From: Scyliorhinus canicula
Taxonomy: Eukaryota
Direction of reading: 5' to 3'
Assembly: GCF_902713615.1 (NCBI RefSeq)
Contig: NC_052156.1
Coordinates: forward strand, 21,603,287-21,667,286
Length of the DNA stretch: 64,000 bases
In this document: positions 1 through 13,649 of the stretch, in pieces
Layout of the letters: the number at the start of each line of letters is the position of its first letter
How positions within the stretch are numbered: the stretch's first letter is position 1
The notes under the pieces: model-generated
What the model saw: only the letters and a program-made list of their open reading frames with translations
Told to the model about the DNA's origin: nothing
Databases searched by the model: none
Translations under genes and position numbers: made by a program

Positions 1-7
1 ATTTCAG

Positions 8-647
8 AGTCTGGAGCATCGTTTAGTTAAGACTGCATCAAGTAGCAGCCTGTATTATCCAAAGCAGCATAACACAACACTCACTAGCTGATCAGGAGCA
101 GGAACCTGATGTAAACTACAACAGGAACTTGCATTTGTCTCTTTGATGTCGCAAAACATGCCAAGGCAGTTATCAAAATTAATGTGACAGAGTCATCAAG
201 GAGATATTAGGACAGGTGACCAAATTTGCCCAACCAGGTAGGTTGTCAGGAGAGTTGGTAAGGAGAGAGGGGTGGAGAGGTTTATGGAGGGAATTCCAAA
301 GCTTTGAGCCTAATGCATGACTGTCAATGATGGAGTGATGAAGATCAAGAATGTGCAAGAGTGCAGGGCTGAGTGTGATGGGAAATCATTGCCAATCATT
401 TACCATCCTTCAAAATACATAATAATCTGAGCTGCAATTCAGGTAGGATCTGCATGGCCAATAGAATACATGCTTTGAGTTTCAAGGAAAATAGACTTCC
501 CTTACAGTGCCCCTGGATCAAACCAGACAGCCAAATTAGATTCACCATTTTCAGTTGTGAATTTACTTTTCAGTTATTAATAAAATCTGATTGTACAGTA
601 TGTACAATCAGATCCAGAGAACTGCCAAATTTCTCAACACGCATAAT

Positions 648-683
<36 letters not shown>

Positions 684-1017
684 AAAACTCACTTTTTTTG
701 ATTCTCACAACATGTGGTTTTGTGTGTCTTTTTCAGCTGTACACGGTGACGTTGTCCAATATGGGTGCAGCATTTTCGTTCATCTTCTTCTGGTATACTA
801 CCTACAAATACAAGATATTTATCTTACTTAAGTAAAGTCAGAAAACATGCAACTAATGAACACTCAGAATAGGAGAACTGTGTTTAATAGTTCAATAAAC
901 ACGTTGAACTCATTTTAAAGTCTGGAGCAGCCTTTAGTTAAGACTGCATCAAGTAGCAGCCTGTGTTATCCGAAGCAGCTTAACACAACACTCACTAGCT
1001 GATCAGGAGCAGGAACC
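8..1017. repeat. 99-bp direct repeat pair (8-106 and 919-1017)
   Basis: AGTCTGGAGCA...GATCAGGAGCAGGAACC occurs twice with about 5 substitutions and no indels. Confidence 0.92.
693..801 (-). other. Candidate internal exon of an unidentified minus-strand transcript
   Basis: tcttgtatttgtAG acceptor and |GTGAGT donor; one open frame (SIPEEDERKCCTHIGQRHRVQLKKTHKTTCCENQK) with no recognised homology. Confidence 0.3.
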
Positions 1018-4000
1018 ACATAAAAAAGTAAAACTCACATTTAAAAATTTAAACATAAAGAAAAGTGGAGAAAACGTTTTGTGATATGGGAATTAGTTTT
1101 TATTTGCATGTAATTTTTAAAAAAATGAAATATTGAAGATTCAAATAAAAAGAAACTGGAAATTAAGCAAACAATTGATGCAGCCAGGGTGAACGAGTTT
1201 CTTCAGTCCCATCGATGCCTTTTCGTCATTTCATTCTGTCTGCTAGTGTCATCAGCTCTTGGTAGCATTGGTAGAAAGCACATTTCACATTGGTGGAGTG
1301 TCTTAGATGAGGTCGGGGAAATCACTAACCGTACTGATTCACTCACCAAACTTTAGGTGAGACCACTTCTAGCTAATTCATGGCAGTTCTGAGATACTAA
1401 GCTGGAGCTGGAACTAATCTTTCCCCTTCCGGAAGGAACAAAAAGAAGAAATACTAAAGTCAACAACGTAAAAATAAATAATAAATTGTACCTGTGTTCA
1501 GAAATGGCTCAGAATGTTTATTCAGCAGGTAACCAGTACAAATATTGACTAGAAGATAGTCCCTCCAATCGCTGATCCCAACAGGTTCTCAGTCATTTTC
1601 ATTTTGTGTGTTGAATCCAGGAGGTATGGCTGCAGCTACTGTTTAACAAACAAGGATTGAACGTGCCAGTTTTGCTGTCTCTGATAATCTTGTGTGCTAT
1701 CTTGTTACAATATATCCTATATCGGTATGCCTTTTGTTACAGAGCTGTTGAACCTCCCGGATTGTCTTGGAATTACCAAGAATTGAAGACTAATCTGCAG
1801 AAGATTGATATCTTTCTGTTATCGCTCCATTCTTAGTTTCTCTCCTTATTGCTGTTGCTTGTTATTTTCAGTCTTATTTTTAATTTGCGTTGAACATTCT
1901 GTTTCCATTAGTTGCAACCTCAGTCTTTTGTTATTCTATTTCAATTTCACACTTTGAGGCCTCTACTCAAGACTACACCCATTTATTACCACTTGGAAAA
2001 AAGCAGTCTAGACATTTGCCTTACAGCCTTAGTACAATTTCACAAATGTTAATGTATGTTTCAGCAGTTCACTAACTCATCGAGAAAATGCAACGAGAAC
2101 AAGTTATACTACACAGAATCTACTTTTATTGTAAAGTTGTTTCATTCAAATTATCTGATTATTAAAACATTCAGATCTAAATTACCAGTCTGAAGTTTTC
2201 TTTATGCTTCTTAATTCAAATTGGTGGATAATTGCGGTCTTGCGCAAAAGAACAACTTTGAATTATCAACAATCAGCTGCATTTTAAATTACATTGCACA
2301 TTTCACCAGTGCTGGTCATACTTGGGCCAGGCCCCAAGAACAACAACGGATTATAACCAAAGCAGTTGCAGTCATCTTTTTAAAATGTGACACAGTTAGA
2401 AAATGAGTGTGCACAGAATCATGCATTTATATGATAATTTTCATTACTGCATTGTGCTGGAGTGTGGGCAACAAACAATAGGGCCTCATTCTAAATTTAC
2501 ATCCGAGATATGGTTGAATATACAAATTATGTGGAGCATTTTATTTCCCTGTTGTAACTAGTCAAGCCACCTCAGTCAATGTAGTAGATATACCCTCAGA
2601 TAAAAATAAGGTTGCTATGGTTTTCAAACCTACACACCAAATGGGAAATGAGAAAACTGCACGGAGACAGAAAAGATGACAGATTTATTTTTCTTACTTC
2701 CCCCTGTACTATTTACTTCAACTGACATTAAAAAAGATGCAAATCAAAGCAATGTTTCCGTAAAACCAATATACGAACTTCATTGTTTATAACAGCCTTA
2801 TATACAAAGCTTCGATAAGCAGTTTGAAATATATGCTTTTCTGTGCGATGTTGCAGCAATGATGACTTGAAAAGACCATAAAAGAGCTTTTAATAAAGGT
2901 ATACGGTCACCTACTACCATAATATGTTAAGTATGTCATAGCAAGAAGTACAGACTGCTGAGTTTTGAAGAGCAGCATTAACAACAACGACTTATATTTG
3001 ACAAAATGAAATGTCCAGAAACACTTTAGCAGAAGCATTGTAAAGCAAAGTGCAACACTGAGCCACAGTGGTTAGCACTGTTGCTTCACAGCGCCAGGTA
3101 CGCGGGTTTGATTCCCAGAATGTCTGTGCAGAGTCTGAAATTCCTCCCTGCACACCACACATAGACCATTAATGCATATCAGGAAAAGCAAGGGTCCCAA
3201 TACTGACCCTTCGGGGTTATAATTCGTTAGTTTATAAAAACAAAAATGACAAACTGTAATATATTTGAGTTTATTTCATATGTTTGTGGAATTTTCTGTA
3301 TTATTTAGAATAAAATATATTTTTACAAACTGGGAGCCAATGTAAGCCAGCAGGTAAAAGTGATAATGGAACAGAACCTGTTGCATCAACCAAAGAACCG
3401 GATTAGTGGATCGAAGCTTCTCTAGCCAAAGAGAACTGCATGCTGGACCACAGCCTGTTAAAAGGCTGAATTTTTAGGTCCCGTCAGGAGTGAACTCAGA
3501 GACCAGTATGGAATATTGCATGGCTGGTAAGAGTGCCAGGAGTTTCCCATCTCCATTCCACCCCTGGTCATTTTCCTGGGCTTATATTGTGAGATTTCTA
3601 GTAAGCCCCTACGATCCAGGAGGTGTGAGGGTACAGTCTGTCTCTGTCTGTCTCCTCCCCGCCCCCCCTCCCTTCCAAAGCTATTGATGCACAGTCGCAG
3701 CAATGGGTACACCTACAAGATGCACTGCAGGAATTCAGCAAGGCTCTTGAAACATCACCTTCAAAACCCATGACCAGTACCATTTAGAAGGACAAGGACA
3801 GTAGGTACAAGGGAACACCACCACCTGCAAGTTCCCCTCAAAACCACACACCATCCTGACTTGGGAATACATCGCTGTTCCTTCACTGGCGCTGGATCAC
3901 AATACTGAAGCTCCCTCCCTGACAGTACAGAGGGTGTACATACACCATATGGACTGCAGCGGTTCAGATGGCAACTTACTACCATCTTCTCAAGGGCAAT

Positions 4001-4986
4001 TTGGGCAATAAATGCTGGTCTAGTCAGTGATGCCCACATCCCATGAATGAATAAAAAGAGCCACACTATGTACAATTTCAGATTAGAAAGAATTAATCGG
4101 ACTGGTTTTCTGAGTTTAAATCAAATATCAAGATAAGTTTATTGACCCTACTTTTTGAACATTCGTACATCATACACATTCTTTGGGCCTCACACATATA
4201 CTGGTACAGACGATAGGATGTGAGGATAGACTCAAAGATTTATTACAGTTAATGAAGAAAATAAACAAAGAAATAGAACGTTAATTGTCCTTTGGCTGGT
4301 CTTGATGTAGTGATTGCATGTTGTTTCTGTTTTGTTCGATAATCTACCCAGCTTTATCTGTATGGAGCAGATTTCCACATTTTATCCCTAAAAGATCTTG
4401 GTTCGCAGTAGATTTCTCTTCTTAGATTGATTAGTCTGTAACATTCATGCACAATACTTTTGAGAGAGAGGCAGAGAGACACGGTTCATGGCAGCCTTTC
4501 AGCATATCCTTTTAACGTCTTGCTCGGTAAACAGGTTCAAAAAGTCTTGCTGGCTGTATATTCCAGAAGTGCGTTGTAGAGTAGATAATTGCGTTTTTGA
4601 TGTCTCATTTCAGAAACTTTTGTAGAATAGAAATATAAAAGTCAATAGGAGAACAGGAGATGGAATTTTTCACGCTCGCCAGAGGAGGATGGAGAATGCG
4701 CGTTGTGTAGTCAGCTGGCTAGCAGTCTTCAATTGTCTTAATGGGATTACAATTTAGTAAATATTCAGCCAGAAAAAAAGGCATGAGCAATTGTATATCT
4801 TTCTTTGTAAAAAAACCCACATACTCATAATACTGGTTATACATAAAAATACATAAACGTTACCGCATGAAAATGGGCATTTTAACCAATCTAGTCTATG
4901 CTGATACAAGCAAATAGTTCCAATTCTGGCGGTGTCCTCCAGCGCATCTTTGGGGTACTTCACAGATGCACTGTCCTGGAGCTTGG

Positions 4987-5310
4987 AAGTTATGGACCAG
5001 ACCTTTATCAAGTAAGGAGACCTAAACTGTACATGGTATTCTAGATGTGGTCTCACCAATGCCCTGTACAGCTGCATTAAAACATCCCCATTTTGCTATT
5101 CCATTCTCCTTCCAATAAAGAGCAACATTCCATTTATATCTCCATATCAACCTTTTGTGACTTGTCTACAAGGACACCCAGATCCCTCAATACCACCGAG
5201 TTCTGCAATCTCTCACCATTTGAACAGTACGCTGCTTTTCTATTCTTCCCACATTATACTCCATCTACAAATTTTAGCACATCCATTTAAGCTATCTATA
5301 TTCCTTTCAG
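4987..5310 (-). mobile_element. CR1 RT fragment
   Basis: MQLYRALVRPHLEY at the start of ORF 4754..5077. Confidence 0.75.
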
Positions 5311-5315
5311 GAAAA

Positions 5316-5710
5316 TGTATTGTTGGCGAGTGACTATGTCAAGAATGCGATCCCAACCAAGGAAACATGAGAACGACCACAGATGCGATTCAGCAGACTC
5401 AAGTTATAGTCTGGTTTTGGGCCCATTTGGCAGGAAGTTTCACGACGGCTGCGCTGACGAGACCGCTGCCTGTATTCAATGGCATTTAATGCCAAAAATT
5501 AGCCCCCAATAGATTCTCAACATTACTGGCTCCCTTGCCGTTTGATTTGCCCGACTCGTGCCTCAGCAGCGCACTGTGAACAAGGGGGAGCTGCTTTTAA
5601 ACGCTCCCTCACCACTCACTCCCTGTCACAACATAAACATGGCAGCACGCAGACCTGCTCTTCGCTTTGGGGAAGACGACCTCACAAGGCTTCTCGATGA
5701 TGTGGATGAT

Positions 5711-5743
<33 letters not shown>

Positions 5744-8700
5744 ACCATCTTCACCCGAGGGAGTCGGAGAACCAGCAGCAGGGTCAGCAATGTTACTTGG
5801 GAGGCTATGGCAGTGGCTCTCAGTATGGGCAGCATGATATGAGGATCGGTGTCCAATGTTGGAAGAGAGCACCCTCCAACGAACTGCAAGGGTAAGTTAC
5901 CACCTCTCTCCTGACATCGGTTTCACCTGCCAGCCCTCAAATTTCTAATACCCCCTCCCCCCACCTCCCAAATAGGCTGGCTGACACCTTGCACTCTCCC
6001 CACATCTGATCGTCGTGCTTGCTCTGCAAACTTCCTGGCACCCACCAGCACAACCCCTTCATGTCCAGGCGGTGCCCACACATACCACCTGCTACAGACC
6101 CCCCTGATCCATCAAACGTGTAGCTTCCAATGCTCTCCCCGCAGAAGATAGCCCATAATAAATGGGAAAGGGCTAAGATGGGGCGGGCGGGGATGGAGGA
6201 ATCCCAGAGATTTGAGTTCTCACCCCCTGAGAGAAACAGGCCAGAGGAAAGAGCAATCACCGACAGCGAGATCGGCCTGCACTAGAGAGATGAGGATCCA
6301 CTGCTTCCACCCGGATAACCTGCCTCAAGTGAGTTATTCATGTCAAAGAAAATGATCCTTCCCTCTGAGCCATTTAGCCGTGCTACTCCTGGAGCTCACT
6401 CTAGCTGTCCCTCCACCCAATGGAATCCACCAAAGTACCGTGAAGGAGGAGGAAGCGTTGGAGGCAAACTGGGGCTGCCACCTAGGAGACTGGGGTGGTC
6501 TCAGTTTCTTCCAAGTCCCTCTCTCCTGGCACCGGTGAATCTCAAAGGTAGCGGGCAGAACAGGGTGGCGCCAGCAACACCAGTAAGTCGGCTCTCGGGC
6601 ACAGTGTCCACGATCAAAATTCCTCAATGCAGACCCAATTCAGAGAATGTGTGTGAATGTGCTGTCAGCAGAAAGACAGGAGTCAGACTTTAGCGGAAAC
6701 TGAGGGACACCAGAGCTTTCCTCACAGTGAGTTATCATTACTCTCCTGCATTGTATGGTGACCTTCTGACAGTGCCGACTCAGGCCCATCACCCTAGAGT
6801 GGTAACACAGACCCTTGGAAGGGCGATCAGGGTGGTCGTGGAGGGGAGGGAGGGAAATGGTGGGGGTTGTTGAGCTGACAGTCACAGCATTGTCCAAGGG
6901 AAATCTGGAAACTATGAGGTTCTCCACCCTTGCCGCTGCCTATCCTCAATCCTCCGGCTCCAACTCAGACCCTTCCTCCAGCCCATCCTGGACCTTCTCA
7001 TCCTTCTCCTCAGATGAGGCTGCATGTCCTCCCGCCTCCTCTTGCTCCTTCTCCACCTCCAGCATGTCGCTCTGCTGCTGTGCCAGATTGTGGAGGGCAC
7101 AGCAGACCACCACAAAGCGGGAGACCTTGGGGGGAGGGTACTGCAATGCACCACCAGAGTCCTGGACCGATCCGATGCCATAGAGGTTTAGGACAGTAAC
7201 CTTCATGGCTACTGGGAGCAGGTGTCCTCCCCCTCCACGGGTTATCATGTCTGCAAGGACGTGCAGGTGCTGCACTCTCTTCCTCTGAGATGCAGTCTTC
7301 TGTGGCATAGGGTGTCCATCAGTTCATTGAATAACCAATAATGCCTACACAATTTGGGCAGTTGCTGGCATCCCCTTTTGGATCGCTCCTCAGTTTAATG
7401 AGTGGTTGGGTCTTCAAGGTGTGGGGAGGCTCCCTGCACATGGAGTGCCGCATCCAGCCTGTGTTGTTGTTGTTGCCTTCTATGGTGTCTGTCCGTCTCG
7501 GCTGCCACAAGCAAGGCGAGGGCAGCCTCCATGGGATCAACTCCAGCAAACATAGTTATATCTGCAAGGAATTCGAGAAGGAGAGAGACCGACAATCAGT
7601 GAAGGCTTCCACCCCCAGGCCCCTCAACTTCCACTATTCCCCACCATCCTTACCATGACTGTCCTGCCTTATCTCAGAGTGCCATCCAGCGAGACAGTTG
7701 TACTGGCAAACTTCACTCTGCACACTCACCTCGGCCAATTCGGAACTCCTGGACCCCAGACCTCTTGCCGGGAGCATTAGGGAGGACGTGATCAGCTACC
7801 CTCTGCTCATCCACACACTTACCCTTTGGTCACAAGAAGGTCCTCAGTGTTGAAGTCCTGTTCTTTAATGTTTGATTGTTGGTAGCTTCCTCTATGGTAC
7901 TGACACTCCTAGAGTACAGGCACATTGTTCAGACATCAAAGGTTGCTGGGCATGCAATGCACTAATCATCCTCTGGCACATGGCACTTGTACCCTCGTGG
8001 AGGCAGTTGAGAGTTGAAGAGCGTGAAGTGCTGACACAATTACCAAGGCTAATTGCTCATTTGAAATAGCCTCCAGCTGTGCAGCTAGAGGCTGCTCACA
8101 GTCAAAGGGAGTGAAATTGAATTTGTGGATAGAACCCACAGCAAGGCCGTGTCCTGGAAGAGCCTGGTAGGATAGACAGGCTGCAGCTGTGGTTGCCCTG
8201 TTATACATAGATAGAATTTACAGTGCAGAAGGAGGCCATTCAGCCCATCGAGTCTGCACTGGCTCTTGGAAAGAGCACCCATCCCAAGGTCAACACCTTC
8301 ACCCTATCCCCATAACCCAGTAGCCCCACCCAACACTAAGGGCAATTTTGGACTCTAAGGGCAATTTATCATGGCCAATCCACCTAACCTGCACATCTTT
8401 GGACTGTGGGAGGAAACCGGAGCACCCGGAGGAAACCCACGCACACACGGGGAGGATGTGCAGACTCCACACAGACAGTGACCCAAGCCGGAATCAAACC
8501 TGGGACCCTGGAGCTGTGAAGCGATTGTGCTATCCACAATGCTACCGTGCTGCCCACCGTGTTATGGATTTCCACAACATTTAAAGATGGCTTGCAAGCC
8601 TCACAGCCGCAAATCACTTCACCCGCCGGCCCAGGGACGACCCCTGACCTGAACACTTCAGCCCCTGACCAAACCGAACCCCCCTAATAGGGTTCACAAC

Positions 8701-9062
8701 CCCACCATTCTCCTTGAGCTGTATGCCGGAAAATAGAAATGCTATTCACCTCCTCTTTCTCCTCAGTAGCCACTGCGCCTGGTCCCCGTTTTTGAAAAGG
8801 AGTACTAAACAAAGCCCGCGTGACTTCCAGCTGGGGAGTCAGTAATTCCCAGGAGGCCATGCATTCGACTTCAATCTCGTTAATGAGATTGAATGAATGC
8901 AAATGAGGGTTAATGATATTCTCGTCATTTTTGGGTGTGAACTCGCTATCGGGAGTGGGCATGGTGAATCGCAAAATGGTTTGCGCTCGCCCCAAATCTT
9001 GATTTTGCCCTCTATTCACCCAGCGCGCCCCGATCTGCGCAACGCAGTCACTGAATCGCACC
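5316..9062. mobile_element. Degenerate PIF/Harbinger DNA transposon (Myb/SANT gene on +, DDE transposase remnant on -), with a SINE insertion
   Basis: MAARRPALRFGEDDLTRLLDDV from 5639 (Myb/SANT-like, donor GTAAGT at 5892); GGALQYPPPKVSRFVVVCCALHNLA (HARBI1-like C-terminus) in ORF 6946..7308; TIR-like end TGAATCGCACC at about 9062; left end uncertain. Confidence 0.8.
8206..8555 (-). mobile_element. HE1/V-type SINE, tail B (CR1-like GGCCTCCTTCTGCACTGTAAATTCTA)
   Basis: Near-identical to 45965-46295. Confidence 0.92.
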
Positions 9063-9640
9063 TCACATGAAGGAAGCCATTCCCTTCCTGCTTCATCCAG
9101 ATCTTGTTTAATTTTTTTTTAGAAATTTAGAGTACCCAATTATGTTTTTTCCAATTAAGGGGCAATTTAGTGTGGCCAATCCACCTAACCTGCACATTTT
9201 TGGGTTGTGGAGATGAAACCCACACAGACACAGGGAGAATGTGCAAACTCCACACGGATAGTGATCCAGGGCCGGGATTCAAACCTGGGTCCTCAGCACC
9301 GCAGTCCCAGTGCTAACCACTGCGCCACATGCCGCCGCAGATCTTCTTTAATGCTGCCTGATCCTGAAATTATCTTCAACATAACTACCCAAGGCCACTG
9401 AGACAGCTTTTTGACCTCAATAAACTTCAAAGCTTGTGCCAATACTAAGTGCACATGGCCTTTTAAGGAGTTAGTGCAATATCGGCCTTTTTCTCTCATA
9501 AGGGTATGGCATTTTGGACATTGTTTTCTTTTTTTTCATGACTCTACATATTGTTTACATATTACATATATTGTAATACTGTACATATTATTCTAGGTAT
9601 GTTTTGTCTGGTATATATATATTTTTTAATTTGAAGAGAT

Positions 9641-10096
9641 GGGGCGGGATTCTGCAAGCTTTTCGGCGCCAAAATCCGGCACTACGCCGCTCCCGTGATT
9701 CTCCGGTCCCTGCGGTGATTCTCCAAGTGTAACTGGCCGAGTTCCCGCCGGCGTGGTTCTCTCATGGTCCTACCTGTTGGGGACTCGGCGTGGCAGCTGC
9801 GGACTCAGTCCACGGCCGCCCTGGTGGGGGGCGGGGAGATCCTTCACCAGGGGAGGGCCTCACAGACGATCTCAGGGGGGGGGCCTATCTTTTTGGTGCC
9901 GGTGCGCGGTGTGGGTCCCGACCAGAAGTGCAGGGCCCCATATCGGCAGCCAGAGCTGCGGGGACTACTCCGGGGCCCTGCCAGCCCCCTCCAGGTAGGG
10001 GAATCACTCTGGATTTCCTTCAGGAAAGTCCAGAGTGATTCGCCCGCGTTTCCACGCTGGAATGGGGACATAGCCCCATTATTGGCGAACCCCCCC
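9641..10096. mobile_element. GC-rich Harbinger-type MITE (degenerate right TIR)
   Basis: Starts GGGGCGGGATTCT like the 14309 element; sharp GC/AT boundaries. Confidence 0.65.
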
Positions 10097-10309
10097 ATAT
10101 ACTAGAGTTCCATATGAGGCTAACAAACCCATGAAATTAAATATAAAATTTTAATAATGTGAAGTTAAAGAGTAATTTCCTGAAATTAAAGAAAAATAAT
10201 TACATTGTGTATTTTGTCCCAGTATAGGAACTGTGAAATTGTAGCTGGTATTTATAAAAACTGAACTGCTTGCTCGATCACTTCAATAGGACGTTCAGTC
10301 CACATTAAG

Positions 10310-10604
10310 AAAAGAACAAAGAGCAAAGAAAAGTACAGCACAGGAACAGGCCCTTCGGACACCCACTACCCACTGTGTAAAAAATGTGCTTCGTGCATCT
10401 CCTCTAAACCTTGCCCCTCGCACCTTAAACCTATATGCCCCTTAGTAATTGACCCCTCTACCCTGGGAAAAAGTCTCTGACTATCCACTCTGTCTATGCC
10501 CCTCATAATTTTGTAGACCTCTATCAAGTCGCCACTCAACCTCCATCGTTCCAGTGAGAACAAACCAAATTTAATCAACCTCTCTTCATAGCTATACATA
10601 TATG

Positions 10605-10636
<32 letters not shown>

Positions 10637-10835
10637 TATATATCTCTTCTATACAGCTGCAACATGACTTGCCAACTTTTATACTCAATGCCCCGGCCAA
10701 TGAAGGAAAGCATGCTGTATGCCTTCTTGACTACCTTCTCCATCTGTGTTGCCCCTTTCAGTGACCTGTGGACCTGTACACCTAGATCTCTCTGACTGTC
10801 AATACTCTTGAGGGTTCTACCATTCACTGTATATT
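10310..10835 (-). mobile_element. CR1 3' fragment with an internal (TA)n/(CA)n microsatellite at about 10593-10645
   Basis: ORF 10366..10827 QRDLGVQVHRSLK...GRGIEYKS...LFSLERWRLSGDLIEVYK. Confidence 0.88.
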
Positions 10836-12003
10836 AGTGTAGAAACGGATGGACCAGTCCAGGTAAGAAGAGTTGGATTACTTCCGTGAGGATATTAGTA
10901 AACCCATAGTTTCAACATGTATTTTACTGGTACCAGCTTTTCTCTCCCCTCCCCTCCCTCCCCCCCCCCCCCCCCCCCCCCCCCCAAAACTGCATTTTGT
11001 GTAATGAATTCAATTTTGGAAACTTTCTATCTTTGCAGAATTATGGTCCTAGCTTTTGTTTTGTATTTTTGGCATTGGGAGAAAGTATTTTCGAATTAAA
11101 AAGGCACATTTGCATTTGAGGGCCAGTCTGACTAGAAGAGACTGAAAAATATGCTCATCTTTACCCTTTTAGCTGTTACTGCCACCAACACATTGTATCA
11201 AATTAATTGGTTTCAGGAACATTATCTTATTTTTAATCATTAAAGTGGTAAATGTGACTAATCTTAACTAGCCCAATAATTCTTAATCACCGCTACAACA
11301 ATGTATACTCACATAGCACTTTTAGAAGAGCAAGAAGTGTCTTGATTGAAACATCTAGGATACTGAGGGTCTTAACAGGGTTAATGTGGAGTGAATGTTT
11401 TATCTTGTGGGAGAATCTAGGGATCACTATTGAAAAATAAGGGGTTGTCCATTTAAAACAGAGATTAGAAGAATTTTTTTTCCCCTCAGAGAATAGTGAG
11501 TGTTTGGAACTCCCTTCCTCAAAAGGCAATGGAAGCAGAGTCTTTGGGCAGGATTCTCTCATTTTGAAACTAAGTGCGGTGGCGGGCTCCAGTGGTGCCT
11601 GACCCACCAATCACAATGGCGGGAACCCACGGCAGATTTTGCACTTGGAACCTCATTAATTATACACAGGTGAGTTCCCTTCTGATTCTCCTGGTGGGCC
11701 GGCAACTGATTTGTCCACCCGCCCTTAGCTGATGGGTTTGAAGGTCCCAGCGCCATATTTAAATACCAGACCAGGACACTCTCTTCAGCCCACCTGTCTT
11801 CACCAGACCATGCAGGATGTCAGCAATCCAGAGGAAAAGGCTAGCAGCCTTAAGAAGAAACTTGTTTCTCGATTCCACCACCTTCCCCCCAAGCCCATTA
11901 CCTGCCCCCTTTGGACCTCTACCCACTGCCTTCACCCATCCCCTTGTGGTATTCCTTTACCCCCCCCACTCCCCCCATGTCCTTGAGATTTTCATGCAGG
12001 CTT

Positions 12004-12337
12004 ATAGAACAGTACAGCACAGAACAGGCCCTTCGGCCCTCGATGTTGTGCCGAACAATGATCAAATCCACCCTATACCCGTAACCCAACAACCCCCCCC
12101 TAACCTTACTTTTTAGGACACTACGGGCAATTTAGCATGGCCAATCCACCTAATCCAATCCAATCCAATCCACCCAACATCTTTGGACTGTGGGAGGAAA
12201 CCGGAGCACCCGGAGGAAACCCACGCACACACGGGGAGGACATGCAGACTCCGCACAGACAGTGACCCAGCCGGGAACCGAACCTGGGACCCTGGAGCTG
12301 TGAAGCATTGATGCTAACCACCATGCTACCGTGCTGC
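12004..12337 (-). mobile_element. HE1/V-type SINE, tail A
   Basis: Near-identical to 23706-24052, with an internal (CCAAT)n expansion. Confidence 0.9.
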
Positions 12338-12858
12338 TTGTTGGGGTCCATCTTCCCTCGACCTTCTGTTGTTTGTCTTCTTCAACACCTTGCCCGCCAT
12401 CATGAGCCCTCCCTCTACTGTCTCTCCTCCTTGCACAGTCCTCCTTCCACAATGCCCCCTTTGTCTTGTCAGGCCATGCCCATTCCTCCTCACCTTGCAC
12501 TCCACCCCCAGTTGAACTTTGGACTTTTGTTTGTTGTGGTGGTTGCAAGAGTCCCACAATACAATGCTGTCCAGATAGACAATGATGTGTGGCACTGTAC
12601 TCCCCAACCCAGGTGCAGTACTGAACTGAGATGGTGACACAGGAGGGTCCATAGGTCCAGCAGCATGGTGTTTTCCATGAAGATCAGCTTGGCATGGAGA
12701 TTGAGTCTGCCCCAGCAGAGTGGTGTACTGCACAGCACTGGGGCAGATTGCTTTGTGCCACTCACCTCAAAGCCTCTTGCCACACTGAGGACTGTCTTGT
12801 GCATGGCAATTTTTAGTAATCAGATTTGATGCAGACATGATTTTCCACTGCCATGACA

Positions 12859-13046
12859 GGGGCTGGTTTAGCTCACTGGGCTAATTCGCTGGCTTTTAAA
12901 GCAGACCAAGCAGGCCAGCAGCACGGTTCGATTCCCGTACCAGCCTCCCCGGACAGGCACCGGAATGTGGCGACTAGGGCTTTTCACAGTAACTTCATTG
13001 AAGCCTACTCGTGGCAATAAGCGATTTTCATTTCATTTCATTTCAT
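12859..13046 (+). mobile_element. Second tRNA-derived SINE family (GGGGCTGGTTTAGC head, (CATTT)n end)
   Basis: Further copies at 32766-32943 and partial 57724-57813; shares the tail-C motif. Confidence 0.88.
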
Positions 13047-13649
13047 AAGGTTGGAAGGCCTGATGTGACACTGACAGGCAGCTGCTTCAATGAGCATTCA
13101 TGCTACCTGCCAGCGGGATGACCGACCCATCATTGGGAAAATTGCTATGTAATTTTACGCCACTGGATTTCCAACTTTTGGCCATTGCCAGATTCTCTGT
13201 GCCTGCCCTGTCCACCACTAAACCTGCTACAGGCAGACTCGGAGAATTCCGCCCTTTGAATGTTTTTAAGGTAGAGGTAGATAGATTTGTGCTAAACAAG
13301 GGGGGGGGGGGGGGAGGTGAAAGGTTACCGAGGTAGGCGGGAAATTATAGTCAGATCAGCCATGATCTTATTGAATGGCGGAGCAGGCTCAAAGGGCTGA
13401 GTAGCCGACTCCTTCCTCTTCCTTGTTCGTATGTTCATTTTTAAAAAATAAATTAAGAATACCTGCTTTTTTTTTCAATTGGGAGGCAATTTAGCATGAC
13501 CAATTCACCTACCCTGCATACCTTTTTGGGTTGTGGGGGTGAGACCCTCACACACACAGGGAGAAAGTGCAAACTCCACACATACAGTGATCTGGGGCCG
13601 GGATCGAACCCAGGTCCTCGGAGGTGTGAGACTTTGTTCATATCTACTA

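Larger units (their letters stand above)
11546..13254. mobile_element. Non-autonomous Harbinger element inserted into a CR1 3' fragment, itself carrying two SINEs
   Basis: TIRs GGGCAGGATTCTC / GGAGAATTCCGCCC; 3-bp TSD TTT (11543-11545, 13255-13257); the flanks rejoin into a contiguous CR1 tail. Confidence 0.85.

Noticed and set aside
454-831. 125-aa ORF with polyproline
   Set aside because: The prolines come from a C33 homopolymer and there is no recognisable domain; the same applies to other poly-P/poly-G ORFs in the track.
8-1017. 99-bp repeat as a vault RNA or H/ACA snoRNA
   Set aside because: No convincing terminal stem, A/B boxes, or H and ACA boxes shared by both copies.
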